DNA from: Eledone cirrhosa
Taxonomy: Eukaryota
NCBI GenBank assembly: GCA_964016885.1
Contig: OZ024741.1
Location: 331,328,001 to 331,392,000 of the forward strand
DNA: 64,000 nucleotides
Reading direction: 5' to 3'
In this document: positions 14,286 through 27,698 of the stretch, piece by piece
How positions within the stretch are numbered: position 1 is the first letter of the stretch
Layout of the letters: each line of letters begins with the position of its first letter
Notes under the pieces: generated by a model
Database searches by the model: none
What the model was told of the DNA's origin: nothing
What the model saw: the letters and a program-made list of their open reading frames with translations, nothing else
Program-made: the position numbers and the translations under genes

Positions 14286-14515
14286 AAACCTTTCTTTCAG
14301 ATGATTGAACGTTTGAAAGTATATACTTTCCAAAAGGGCGACGATGGTTGTCGAGCACTGTACGGCGTAATTCAGGCTGTTTGTTTACAAACAAACCGAA
14401 CATTATAATAAATGTTCGGTAAAGCCATACGTACATATATATGTGTGCATGTATGTATATATATATATACATACTACTGTACGTCTGTACACATATATGT
14501 ATGTACGTATACATA

Positions 14516-14609
<94 letters not shown>

Positions 14610-14890
14610 TATGTATATATATAGAGAGAGAGAGACGCACACTCTCATTCTCTTTGTACATATTTATATATATACATATAGACACGCTCACACATGCAGT
14701 CTCTCTTTCTCTCTATTTCTCTCTTTGTATATATATATATATATAATATAGATATATATTTATACAGTATATACACACAGAAACATATATATACATATAT
14801 ATATATAAATATACTTAAATATACATATAAATAAATATATATGTATAAATATAATATATAAGATCAAAAGATGGTTAAATGAGTTCCATG

Positions 14891-14961
14891 TATTTTATTA
14901 TGCGCATTTCAAAAACAAATATCATCATGCAATAACATTTGTGTTTTCATCAGATAAAATA
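14891..14961 (-). ncRNA. Type I hammerhead ribozyme with 8-bp stem I and long stem II
   Basis: Minus strand reads TATTTTAT-CTGATGA-[36-nt hairpin aaacacaaatgttattgcatgatgatatttgttttt]-GAAA-T-GCGC-A-TA^-ATAAAATA. Confidence 0.8.
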
Positions 14962-15856
14962 GGACATGATATGAAGGTTAAAAACACTTGTGGATAGTGC
15001 AGTTTTAAATCAACAAAATCAGTTTAAAATGCGCATAATAAAATACATGGAACTCATTTAACTATCTTTTGATCTTATATATTATGTATACTCCAGTCCT
15101 ACAAACTGTAGAGTGCTTCTTATCCGATATCTGCATTGCTTTATTGTACTACAATAAAACTCACCTCCTACATATGTATAAATATATATATATGTACACA
15201 CACACCCACGTATATATATATACACATATAGCTATGTATTTTTTCCCTACTGTGATTGTAATTCGATTTACTCATGTTCCTCCTGTCACTTCAATTTATT
15301 TTCTCTGATTATCTTCTTACATGGAATAAAAATAATATTTCTGTCTTATACACACAAACACATACATACCTACACACATACACACATACATACATAATAC
15401 GTACATATATACATACATACATATATACATGTATACATATATACATACATATATACATATGTACATACATACATATATACATATGTACATACATACATAT
15501 ATACATACATACATACATATATACATGTATACATATATACATACATATATACATATGTACATACATACATATATACATATGTACATACATACATATATAC
15601 ATACATACATATATACATACACACCTACATGCATATCTACATACATACATAATATGTACATACATATATATATATACACATATATATATACATATATGTG
15701 TATATGTATATATGTATGTACATATTATGTATGTATGTAGATGTGCATGTAGGTGTGTATGTATATATGTATGTATGTACATATGTATATATATATGTAT
15801 GTACATATGTATATATGTATGTATATATGTATACATGTATATGTATACATAATATG

Positions 15857-15904
<48 letters not shown>

Positions 15905-16514
15905 CATGCATATATACATAATATGTACATACATACATATATACATCATACACACCTGCATGCACATCTACATACATAATACGTGCATACATTTACACAA
16001 ACATATATATAAATGCATACATACACACACACTCATATTTTTATGCACACACTCACACACATATATGTACATACATATGCACACACACACACACGCATAC
16101 ACACACACATATAAACACATGCACACAGGTTTAGTAAAAACAATCATAATTATAATGGTTGTAGTAATTAAACTGATTATGATGATGATAACCACACATA
16201 AAACATAAAACACACATACATACACACAAACATACATACATGCACACACACAAAACACACATTTACACACACAACTAGATGTCTGTTTTACAAATTTCAA
16301 AGATTTATTCCAGTCCATATCACCTGTCTTAGACTCTTTATCACTTAACCAGGAACTTTTCTAGTTTTCCCCTTCTTTACAGGTACCTCTCTCCCACAAC
16401 ACTACTCACCTCCCCTCATACTTTATAGAATTAACATTTCCAATGTCTTTCTTTTCTTCTTTAGTCTTCAGATTTGCAAAACATTTCACTTTCTTAACGC
16501 CTGCCATTATTGGA

Positions 16515-16892
16515 TTGGCAGTGGTGGATTGGCAGCATCAGTAGAGGGTCGGACGCCATGCTTTCCAGCATAGTTACGTCCCTTTACGATCTGAGTTCAA
16601 ATCCCGCCGAGGTTGACTTTGCCTTTCATCCTTACGGGGTCGATAAAATAAAGTACCAGTAATGCACTGGGTAATTACTGGCCTTGTGCCAAAAGTAGAA
16701 ACAATTATTGGATTGGCAGTATTGGTAGAGGGTCGGACGCCATGCTTTCCAGCATAGTTACGTCCCTTGCCATTCTGAGTTCAAATCCCGCCGAGGTTAA
16801 CTTTGCCTTTCATCCTTACGGGGTCGATAAAATAAAGTACCAGTAATACACTGGTTAATTGCTGGCCTTGTGCCTAACGTAGAAACAATTAT
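16515..16892 (+). mobile_element. tRNA-derived SINE family B, tandem dimer
   Basis: B box GAGTTCAAATCC; body cccgccgaggttgactttgcctttcatccttacggggtcgataaaataaagtacc; other copies at ~320-430, 27720-27990, 33030-33200, 38950-39145. Confidence 0.85.
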
Positions 16893-17146
16893 TACGTCTT
16901 TCTTACTTTTTTTAAAAACTTCTATGAGAATTGTTACTCTTTATAATAATCTAGAGATGCTGTTATTGCTGATGGTGGTGATGGTGGTGACGGTGGTGGT
17001 AGTGGTGGTGGTGGAGGTAATGGTGGTGGTGGTGGTGGTGGTGGTGGTGGTGGTGGTGGTGGTGGTGGTGGTGGTGGGGGGGGGGGGGGGGGGGGCTGTT
17101 GTTGCTGCTCATTGTTTCAGCTATACGCGTATAGCTATATTGGTTT

Positions 17147-17231
<85 letters not shown>

Positions 17232-17372
17232 ATAGAGTTTTTGCTGGTAGTGGTGGAGGTGTAGCTGGTGGTGGTGTTGCTGCTGTTGCTGCTGCTGTTG
17301 TTGCTGCTATACAGCCATATTGGTTTTCACACACACACACACATATGTATGTACATATGTATATATGCATAC

Positions 17373-17403
<31 letters not shown>

Positions 17404-17864
17404 TGTACGCATATGTCCATGTGCATGTATGTATATGCATAACTATGTATGTACGTATGTATGTATGTATGTACATATGTACGTATGTATGTATATACAT
17501 ATGTATGTATGTAAGTATATATGTATGTATTAATAATGGGAATAACTATTTAGCATGAAAATATTTTTTGTGCAATGGATTTTATGAGAGGGCTCAATAA
17601 ACACGGAAACATATTCATATTTAAAACAATAATATATGAGGTATAAACATGGGGAAGATGAAAAGACTAAATAAATACTGGCTGTTCATATTAAGAGGAA
17701 ATATATGCATATATTTACATATTGTTCTCAAAAAAATACACACACACACATATATATATATATACATATTTATACATATATATATATATATATATACATA
17801 TTTGTATATATATATATATTTATATATATATATTATATATATATATATATAATATATTTATATA

Positions 17865-17940
<76 letters not shown>

Positions 17941-18659
17941 ATACTTTGGGAGGGTCATGTTGCCAATAACAAAGTATAACAATATCGGTTTCAACACACG
18001 TTTTCAGATAAAGAATCTTGCTAAACAAATTCAGAAACGATATATTTATATATGTATATGTATGTATGTATGTATATATATATATATATTTATGTATATA
18101 TATATCAATAAAAGATCTTTTATCAAGATATATATAATGCTCCAGCTTGCACCATTTATACAGATCGTTGAACGGTTCCTTTTATCTGCTTCACAACCGA
18201 CAGACCATAATGTTGTCCACATATCCCTGTTAGGTTAACCCCATACTATAATATATATATATATTCCCATGGATACAAGTTGAAGCTGAAGCATATAGAC
18301 AGTATGCCCCCAACCCCCTCACACTGTAAAGTGGTCGTGTAGGTACCACACTAAAAAAGCACCAGTACTCACTGTAAATGAGGTTGGCGTTAGGAAGGAC
18401 ATCCAGCTGTAGATATCATGCCAGAGTCAGTTCCCGTATGAGGAAGACATGGTCAGCCGACCGGCCACTGCCCACAATAGGACAACCCGTCTAACCCATG
18501 CTAGCGTGGAAGAATGGACGTAAAATGGTAATGATGATGATGATATATATATATATAAGAAAAATCTGGGCCCAATGGCTGAGCTTTTGCCATTTCAACA
18601 ACTAGTTCCAGCCCCCCCCCCCCCCCCCCCACACACACACACGAGCGCGCGCATGTATA

Positions 18660-19089
18660 AACCTTATGCATTTCTACAGAATTTTCACCAAACTTAAGAC
18701 ATAGGTTACTTATGTACTCCGGATGGTCATGGGCACTTTCATTTTTCCAGATATTGATTATAGGGCCTCCCGGCAGATAACCCCCTTTAACCTCTTCCTT
18801 GGAGTCGACTGAAGCACTGCAGTGCAATACAACAAAACGTCATAACTTCTGGAATTCGCAACCAATTTTCACAAAACTTGACACATGGGCTACGTTTGTC
18901 CTACAGATGAATGTGAACTCTCAGAATTGGCACATATTGAGTAGAGGACCCCTGGGGGCACGAACTCTCTTTTGGAAAAAGCCGATGATTTTGTAAAAGT
19001 ATAGTTTTCGAAGTAGCACTGAAGTATTGACATAAATGGTATACACAACTGCTATTTAATACCCGAGCAACGCCGGGTACCTCTGCTAG
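18660..19089 (+). mobile_element. Helitron-like non-autonomous element 3' end
   Basis: Subterminal hairpin ACCCG-agcaacgc-CGGGT (19061-19078) followed 7 nt later by CTAG; repeated ttttcac.aaactt motifs. Confidence 0.6.
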
Positions 19090-19090
19090 C

Positions 19091-19125
<35 letters not shown>

Positions 19126-19262
19126 AGGAGGAATGAGATGTTAATAGCTAAGAGTAATAAGACAATTATTATTCAACTTTGTACTAGATACAAGCTTAAA
19201 CCATTTCAATGGAAAGATGGGAAATAAACCCACACCTACTCACACACATGTATATATACATA

Positions 19263-19360
<98 letters not shown>

Positions 19361-19440
19361 TTATTCCGGGTTGAATCGGAGGTAACCACAGTAAGTAAGG
19401 TAATCAATACATAGCAGAGTATACAAGTTTTAATATAGAA

Positions 19441-19512
19441 GAGCTTCTACAGGACTAGGACTGTTTCATTCGTGAGAAATCATCAAGGAGCCCTGATGAT
19501 TTCTCACGAATG
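19441..19512 (-). ncRNA. Hammerhead motif (slightly degenerate) with a truncated inverted copy
   Basis: Minus strand reads GCTCC-TTGATGA-T-TTC-TCAC-GAA-T-GAAAC-AGTCCTAGTCCT-GTA^-GAAGC; the + copy CTGATGATTTCTCACGAATG is cut off by (TA)n. Confidence 0.55.
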
Positions 19513-19986
19513 TATATATACACACAGGTGTCACAACAATATATATATATACATAGGTGTCATGACAAAAAAGCACCCAGTACACACTGTAAAGTGGTCG
19601 TGTAGGCACCACGCTAAAAAAACACCCAGTACTCACTGTAAATGAGGTTGGTGTTAGGAAGGGCATCTGGCTGTAGAAATCAAGCCAGAATCATTTCCTG
19701 TATGAGTAAGATATGGTCACCTGACCTAGCATTGCCCACACCAAGACAACCCGCCTAACCCATGCTAGTGTGGAAGAATGGACGTAAAACAGTGATGATG
19801 ATATATATAAAGTAAATATTAAAAGTAAATGGAAACAGTAAAGCAAACAACAGAGTACAATGAACACATATTAGTTTAATGCTTGATATAGTAGAAAAAG
19901 AGTTTTTACACGTCTTCAGACACATATATATATATAAATATATATATATATGTATGTATATTCAAATATATATATATAAGTATTGT

Positions 19987-20370
19987 GGAGGCACATGGCT
20001 TAGTGGTTAGAGCATTGGCCTTGCAATCGAAAGGTTGTGAGTTCAATTCTCAGACTGGGTGATGTGTTGTTTCCTTGAGCAAGACACTTTATTTCACAGT
20101 GCTCCAGTTTACTCAGCTGTAGAAATGAGATAAAGTCCCTATCATTCCACTGCAAAGTGGTCGTGGAGGTGCCACGGCAAAAAAAGCACCCAGCCCACAC
20201 TGTAAAGTGGACGTGTAGGTGCCACGGGAAAAAATAACACCCAGCACTCACTGTAAATGAGGTTGGTGTTAGGAAGGGCATCCAAGTTGTAAAAATCAAG
20301 CCTGAATCAGTTCCCGTCCCACCCTTGCAAGCAGGGAAAAGCGGACGTAAAATGATGATGATGATGATGA
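19987..20370 (+). mobile_element. tRNA-derived SINE with an RTE-like 3' tail (family A)
   Basis: A box TGGCTTAGTGG, B box GAGTTCAATTC; tail cccttgcaagcagggaaaagcggacgtaaaatg(atg)n; other copies at 450-798 (-), 50124-50470 (+), 57372-57695 (+); partials at 18310-18545, 19555-19800, 51425-51557. Confidence 0.9.
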
Positions 20371-20829
20371 TATATATATATATATTCAAATATATATATA
20401 TATATTCATATTCACTCATGCATACATCATTATCATAGCTTATAGATGCATGTATGTGTGTATAAATATACATAAATACATACATATAAATACATACGAT
20501 GATGATATTATATATAAATATTCATTTATTGAGTTAACACTGACTACTTCTTAGATGCCGCCATATTTCTTCCCTTCTAATTATCATCCTAACACTTATA
20601 TCTTTTGCCTTTGTCAATGAGTTATTGTAAATGAAATACAAATGGAGACAAAATAGAAAAAATAACCCTACAACAACAAAATTCCTGATTCTAATCTTTA
20701 AGAATCCTCATTATGAAGAGAGAGAAAATAAATTGAAAGTTTAGAATGTGGAATGTCAGACTGTGAGAATATCAGGATGTATGACTGTATAACTGTTTGG
20801 GTGGAACATGTGTAGAAGTTTGTATGATG

Positions 20830-20837
20830 TTGTGTTA

Positions 20838-20883
<46 letters not shown>

Positions 20884-20917
20884 GTGTATGTGTGTGTGTG
20901 TAGAGAGAGAGAGAGTA

Positions 20918-20952
<35 letters not shown>

Positions 20953-21780
20953 TGTATGTGTGTGTAGAGAGAGGGAGAGAGAGAGTGTATGTGCGTTTAT
21001 AGAAGTGTATGTGAGGCTGTTATATGTGTGTGTAGAGAGGGAGAAAGTGTGTGTGTGTAGAATTGTGTGCGAGGCTATGTTATATTTGTGTGTAGAGAGG
21101 GTGAGTGTGGAAGTGTGTGTGTGAGGCTGTGTGTGTAGAGAGTGAGTGTGTGTGTGTGTGAGGCTGTGTGTTATATGTGTGTGTAGAGAGGGTGTGTGTG
21201 TGGAAGTGTGTGTGAGGCTGTGTTATATGTGTGTGTAGAGAGGGTGTGTGTGTGTGGTAGTGTGTGTGAGGCTGTGTTATATGTGTGTGTAGAGAGGGTG
21301 TGTGTGTGTGGTAGTGTGTGTGAGGCTGTGTTATATGTGTGTGTAGAGAGGGTGTGTGAGGTTGTGTTATATGTGTGTTGAGTGTATATATTTTTATAGA
21401 AATGTGAGTTTGAGTTGAATGTGTGTGCAGTGTGTGTGTGTATATATGTGTGTATGTGTGTGTGTGTGTGTGTATGTATGTATAGAAGTTTGTGTGATGT
21501 GTTAAATGTGTGTGTAGGAGGCTGTATAATATGTGTGTAGAGTGTGAGTGTGTATAAGCTAGCATGAGGTTGTAATATGTGTGTGTGTGTGGAGAAGTTT
21601 GCATGAGGTTGTATTATAGGTGTATGTGTGTGTGAATGTGTGTGGGGGGGGGGATAGTTTGCATGAAGTTATGTTAAATATGTCTCCGTGTGTGTGTGCG
21701 TGCGTGTGTGGAGGGTAGTTTGCATGAGGTTGTGTTAAAAATATGTGTGTGTATGTATGTGTGTGGAGGGGTAGTTTGGT
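20830..21780. repeat. (GT)n/(GA)n-derived minisatellite (~46-bp unit)
   Basis: Unit gtgtgtgaggctgtgttatatgtgtgtgtagagagggtgtg repeated. Confidence 0.85.
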
Positions 21781-21956
21781 TGTTTGTTTATATTTTCACA
21801 ATGAGATATGACCCAATGTAGCAGAAGAAAATGAGAGAATCACTGAAGCAATGTAGAATTGATCCTGATCCCACAATATTTTTAAACCTACTTAATGCAG
21901 CTAATATCCTTTAATTCTTTGACATGTTCTCATGTTTTTAAACTGTTTCAAGAAGG

Positions 21957-22104
<148 letters not shown>

Positions 22105-22520
22105 TAATAACAAATGTGAAGACTAAAATCCAAAGAGGGCTCGATAAGGATAAATATATATCAAATATATAAGAACCGTAGAGCAAATATTTATTAAAAT
22201 AACAGATTAAAGTTTAAGTAAAGAATCGCTGCCTTTACTCTTCTGAAACTAAAAAAATCAATCTGTGAACGCTGAAGTAAATATTTCGAAAAACGTTACA
22301 ACCGAAGGAAGCGTTCCCTGGCAAAGAACGAAAAAAAAAACGAAGATAATACGTCATTATGTGGATCGTTGAGAACAATTACACGCAAAGACAAAACCAC
22401 GTTTATGGTATAACTGAAGTCGTAGACTAAAATTCTATTTAGGAAACCGAATGATTCCCGGCTTCAGAGTTAAGAATAACGTAAATAAATTACAGAGGTT
22501 ATTGAAATCAACAATAATTA
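22105..22520. repeat. ~400-bp dispersed repeat; an inverted copy lies on the other side of the PLE RT
   Basis: Core ttattaaaataacagattaaagtttaag-aaagaatcgctgc; inverted copy ~24055-24340; direct copies ~7835-8200, 25175-25270, 25445-25545, 25735-25910; fragment ~47055. Confidence 0.8.
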
Positions 22521-23034
22521 AATATATACATGCACGCATCCATATACGTACATACACATGCATACGCGAACACACCCGCCGTTTGTATACAAATACAGGC
22601 ACGTACACAAAAACACGCGCACACATACAAAAACCCACGCAACGCCTGTACCCGCACACATACGAACGTATACACCAAATACACATAAAACATATATAAA
22701 AAATATATACACATGTGTGTGCGTGTGTACGCGTATACATATAATTATATAAACGTATATAAATATACACACATAAAAACGTATATAACGCGCGCGCACA
22801 CACACACATACCTACATGTAAATACACATATGTTCGCTAAACGTATGTCAACTAAAACACAAAGTACACATACACACACACCCTACATACATGAAAACCC
22901 GCATACACACATGTACCAGTATATATAATATAATATATACACCTATAACAAATACAAGCAAATATACGTACGAGAAAGTATACGTATCTTCACAAAACAT
23001 ACAGGTAATATATACTTTGGACCCTATTTCTACC

Positions 23035-24065
23035 CACTTTACCCTGAAGGATCACAAATTCAATTTCCCGAAGAACCCCTCTATTCGGCTTAGTAAAAAG
23101 ATTTTAGATAGAATTATACCTGAAATTAGAAGCTTGGCCCCTCTTGCACTGTGGAACAATTCTTTCGCGGTGATTGATTGGTTCAACGCCATATGCAACA
23201 AGGAACATTGCCGTTTTATCCAATTCGACATCAATAATTACTACTCCTCTATCACTTTACCACTCCTTCTTAGAGCTATCAATTTCGCTAAAACGCTCAC
23301 GGTGGTTAAAGATTTCGAAGTTGATGTCATCCTCAATGTCCGGTGATTAATTTCGACGATTCTATTTGGATTAAAAAATCTAATAGTACCCCATTCGATG
23401 TGAGTATGGGAGCCAGCGATTCTGCGGAGGTTACTGATCTTATCGGCCTTTTCCTTCTTTTCTCTATCAAGGAAGAATTCCCCAACGTGGGCGGTGGTTT
23501 GTACCGTGATGATGGTCTTTTGACCATGTCTAAGTGCGGCCCACATGCTTGCGACAGGTTCAGAAAAGAACTCACAGCCTTCTTTAAAGGCTTCAACCTC
23601 TCCATACAGGTTGAGGCCAACCTCTCGGTCGTTAATTACCTCGACGTTACCCTCAATTTGTCGAATGGCTTGCACTACCCGTATAGAAAACTGAATGATA
23701 CGCTTAATTACATAAGCAAGCATTCTAACCATCCTGCCAGTATAACCAAGAACCTGGTAAGAAACGTTTCTTTGAGGCTTTCCCGTCTATCTACAAACGA
23801 GTATATTTTCACCGACCATTCCACATCTTACAATGAAGCTCTTGCTCGGAGTGGATTTTTCGATAAGGTAGCATACACCGAGCATGAGCATATACCTAGG
23901 AAAAATAGATCCCGACGCATTATATGGTATAACCCACCATTTAATATGGAGGTGGCCACACCATTAGCTAAGATCTTTCTCTCCCTTATTATGAAGAATT
24001 TCCCCCCAGCACATAAATATAATAACATTTTTAATAGAAATACCATTAAAATTTCTTACTCTACG
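23035..24065 (+). mobile_element. Penelope-like element reverse transcriptase fragment (frameshifted; resembles the Naiad group)
   Basis: ORFs 22891..23346 and 23343..24083: FIQFDINNYYSSI, FDVSMGASDSAE, GGLYRDDGL, NYLDVTLNL, IIWYNPPF, FNRNTIKISYS. Clade assignment is from motif recall only. Confidence 0.8.
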
Positions 24066-24813
24066 ACTTCATTTATACCATAAACGTGGTTTTGTCTTTG
24101 CGTGTAATTGTTCTTAACGCTCCAAATAATGATGTATTATCTTCGTTTTTTTACGTTCTTTGCCAGGGAACGTTTCCACGAACCAAAGTATCGTCTTCCT
24201 GTCTTCTTTCGGTTGCAACGTTTTTCGAAATATTTACTTCTGCGTTCACAGATTGATTTTTTTTAGTTTCAGAAGGTCCCGTTAAGAGTGCAAGCAGCGA
24301 TTCTTTGCTTAAACTTTAATCTGTTATTTTAATAAATACATATATCTAGGGCGGGTAAAATTCCCGAGATCCATGGACGAGTTCTCTCCAGCGGTCTCTG
24401 TCCCTCATTATCGCTGCCATGTCCTGCGTCTCTAACAGACCAGTGTCTGTACTTAGGGCATCAACATACGTTAACCTTGGTCTTCCTCTTCCAGTGTATC
24501 CATGTAGGGCTCCCACAGGAGCACTGAGTGCAATGTCAACTCTGGATGTCGGTGAGGATGTCCAGCTAACCTCAATCTCCTCTGTGTCACTTTTGAGCTG
24601 ACTTTTGGGCCAATCCCACTCTCTGAGCGACAGTAGCTATAACCCCAAAGAAGAAAAGATCAACATCATCGGTAACTACTGAGCCGCAGATTTTATGTCG
24701 GAGTTATCCCAGTTTCCTGAGTTGCTTCTCCTAGAAGAATACCCTGACAAAGGGTAATTATTAATAATTATCAATTAATGCCATCGTGCAATACATACAT
24801 ACATACATATGTC

Positions 24814-24863
<50 letters not shown>

Positions 24864-24867
24864 CATA

Positions 24868-24953
<86 letters not shown>

Positions 24954-24960
24954 CATATAT

Positions 24961-25007
<47 letters not shown>

Positions 25008-25360
25008 TATATATATATACACACATATGTATGTATGTATTGCACGATGGCATTAATTGATAATTATTAATAATGTTATATCGTGCAATGCCCATACACG
25101 ATAACGAGGGGGCAGCCATCATCATGTATATATGTATGTAGGTCTGTATATATTAGAAATAGTCGGGCTGGATAATAATAATAAATTTGAAGACTAAAAT
25201 CCAAAGAGGGCTCGATAAGGATAAATATATATCAAATATATAAGAACCGCAGAGCAAATATTTATTAAAATCTGTTATTTTAATAAATATATATATATAT
25301 ATCATCGTCATCATCATCGTCGTTTAACGTCCATCTTCCACGCTTGCATGGGTTTGGACG

Positions 25361-25454
<94 letters not shown>

Positions 25455-25969
25455 TAACAGATTAAAATTTAAGCACCAAAGAATCGCTGCTTTCACACTT
25501 AACGGGATCTTCTGAAACAAAAAAATCAATCTGTGAACGCAGAAAATGAATCGCTGCCTAAAAGCAGTATGAAGTACACTAGGACTAACTGATGTAACCG
25601 TTGGCCTTGTTTGTTTATATTTTGTTTTTGTGTATGCAAAAATATCTGTCAGTGATGCATGTGATTATGTAATCGCCAGCCTTGTTTTTTTATATTTTGT
25701 TTTTGTGTATGCAAAAATATCTGTACAGGAATATCTATATTAAAATAACATATTAATGTTTAAGCAAAGAATCGCTGCTTTCAACCTTAACGGGATTTTC
25801 TGAAACTAAAAAAAATCAATCTGTGAACGCAGATGTAAATATTTCGTAAAACGTTGCAACCGAAGGAAAACAGGAAGACGATACTTTGGTTCGTGAAGAC
25901 GTTCCCTGGCATAAGAATATATATATATATACACACACACACTATATATACATATATACACACACACAT

Positions 25970-26301
25970 TGATCGCGTCATAATGTCGTAATGCAGACAG
26001 TCAGGCATACAGACAGATATTATGAAGGCGCGACGTCTATGTATCTATCTAAAAAGAGAAAGACTAAGAGAAAGAGATCGCTAAATGGCCTAATGCGGTC
26101 CCTAGGGCATAGAAAATTTGAATTTGTTTTTGCTCAGAACACTCAATAAGACCATAAGTATTACATGTGTAAAGTTTGATAAAAAAACGGTTGGGTAGTT
26201 CTCGAGTTTTAGGGAAACAGATACACAGACATTCTTTGTTTTATATATATAGATTATGTATACTAGCAGAAAAACCACCCCTCGGGTGGTTTTCTGCTAG
26301 C
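25970..26301 (-). mobile_element. Helitron-like 5' part plus a palindrome of two CTAG ends
   Basis: Minus strand begins TCTATATATATAAAACAAAG at ~26253; CTAGCAGAAAAACCACCC-ctc-GGGTGGTTTTCTGCTAG at 26263-26300. Confidence 0.45.
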
Positions 26302-27698
26302 ATGTGTAGTGTGTATATTGATATTATATGCAAGTATATATGCATGTAGAAATGATGCATCAAATAAAATCGTAATTGACAATATATAATACATAGAAAT
26401 TGAACGAAGACTACGTTACACTGTCTTATGTAATCAGTAACGTAATCCATGATACATTAAAAAAAGACGATATTATATATAAACTCCATTAGGAGGAAAT
26501 TAGTATGTTTATTTAAGCGATCGCCAACTGGAAGTGTTGATATTTCAGAAATTTTAAAGAAGTGAATCTTTAAATAAACAAAATATATTTAATCAATAGC
26601 CACGAAATTTAGTAGATAAATTATGTAATATTCATTCATTATTTATTCAAAGTAATCCAACTTATTTTACTAATGGGATAAAAAATTATAAACCGTACGC
26701 AGTCCCGCGCTCCTCCCTTTATTATAGTTTAGATATATTATGTATATATATTTTGTACCTATTTTATGTATATATATTATGTATATATATTTTATATCTA
26801 TATTATGTATATATATTATGCACATATATTTTGTATATAAAGGTAAAGACAACATGATAAGACAAGGCAGAAAGCAGGTACAACTAATTTTTGCGACCTG
26901 AGCAGACTGGAGAAAACGTGAAATAAAAATATCTTGTTGAAGGACAAAACACACTGGGAGGAATTGAACTTGCAACATTACAAACGTAGTTTGGACACTC
27001 TAACTACTAAGCCAAGTGCCTTCACATGTATGTACATATCATCATCATCATCATTTTATATTCACATCATATGTGTATATATACATAATCATCATCATCA
27101 TCATCATTTTAAGCCCCTCTATATGCTAGCACAGGTTGGATTGGTTATTACATGTATATATATATATATAGCATCACCACATCACCACCACCACCACCCT
27201 CATCATCACCATCATCATCATCATTATCATCATTTCAAGGTTGGTTCTCTTGTCTATTTCTTTCCTTCTTTCTTTCTTTTTTTTAACTACAATTAGCTAT
27301 TTAGATAATAATTATTCTCCTAATTAAGAATATAATTTAATTGATTTAGATTTTTTTGCTTTACCCTTTTGATACTAACCTTCCTGAATCTGTTACTGGT
27401 TCTATGTATGATACAAAGCAGTTTGTTTTAAAGTGTTTATATTTATCAGGCGTTATGACCGGTAGATAATATCGGTAATGGAAAGACTAATGGAAACATT
27501 GTTTCCTTGGTTTGATTTGATGAATTCCACCTTACTTGGTAAGCGAATGTGCTCTGGGATCTTGTTGATCAAACTCTATGCTATCTAGATTTATCTAAAG
27601 ACTTTTCATCATAATATTATGTCAGAACATTTCTTAAGTTCCAAACACCAACTTTATAATGACAAAGTTAGTTGTATTATTAAACTCATGTTTTAAAC

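Noticed and set aside
14266-18238. Many ORFs rich in YI/CV/HT dipeptides (also at 21-25 kb, 51 kb, 61-62 kb and poly-L/N at 6 kb)
   Set aside because: They are translations of (TA)n, (CA)n and (GTT)n microsatellites.
19987-20060. tRNA gene
   Set aside because: A and B boxes are present but there is no acceptor stem, and the sequence continues into a SINE body.
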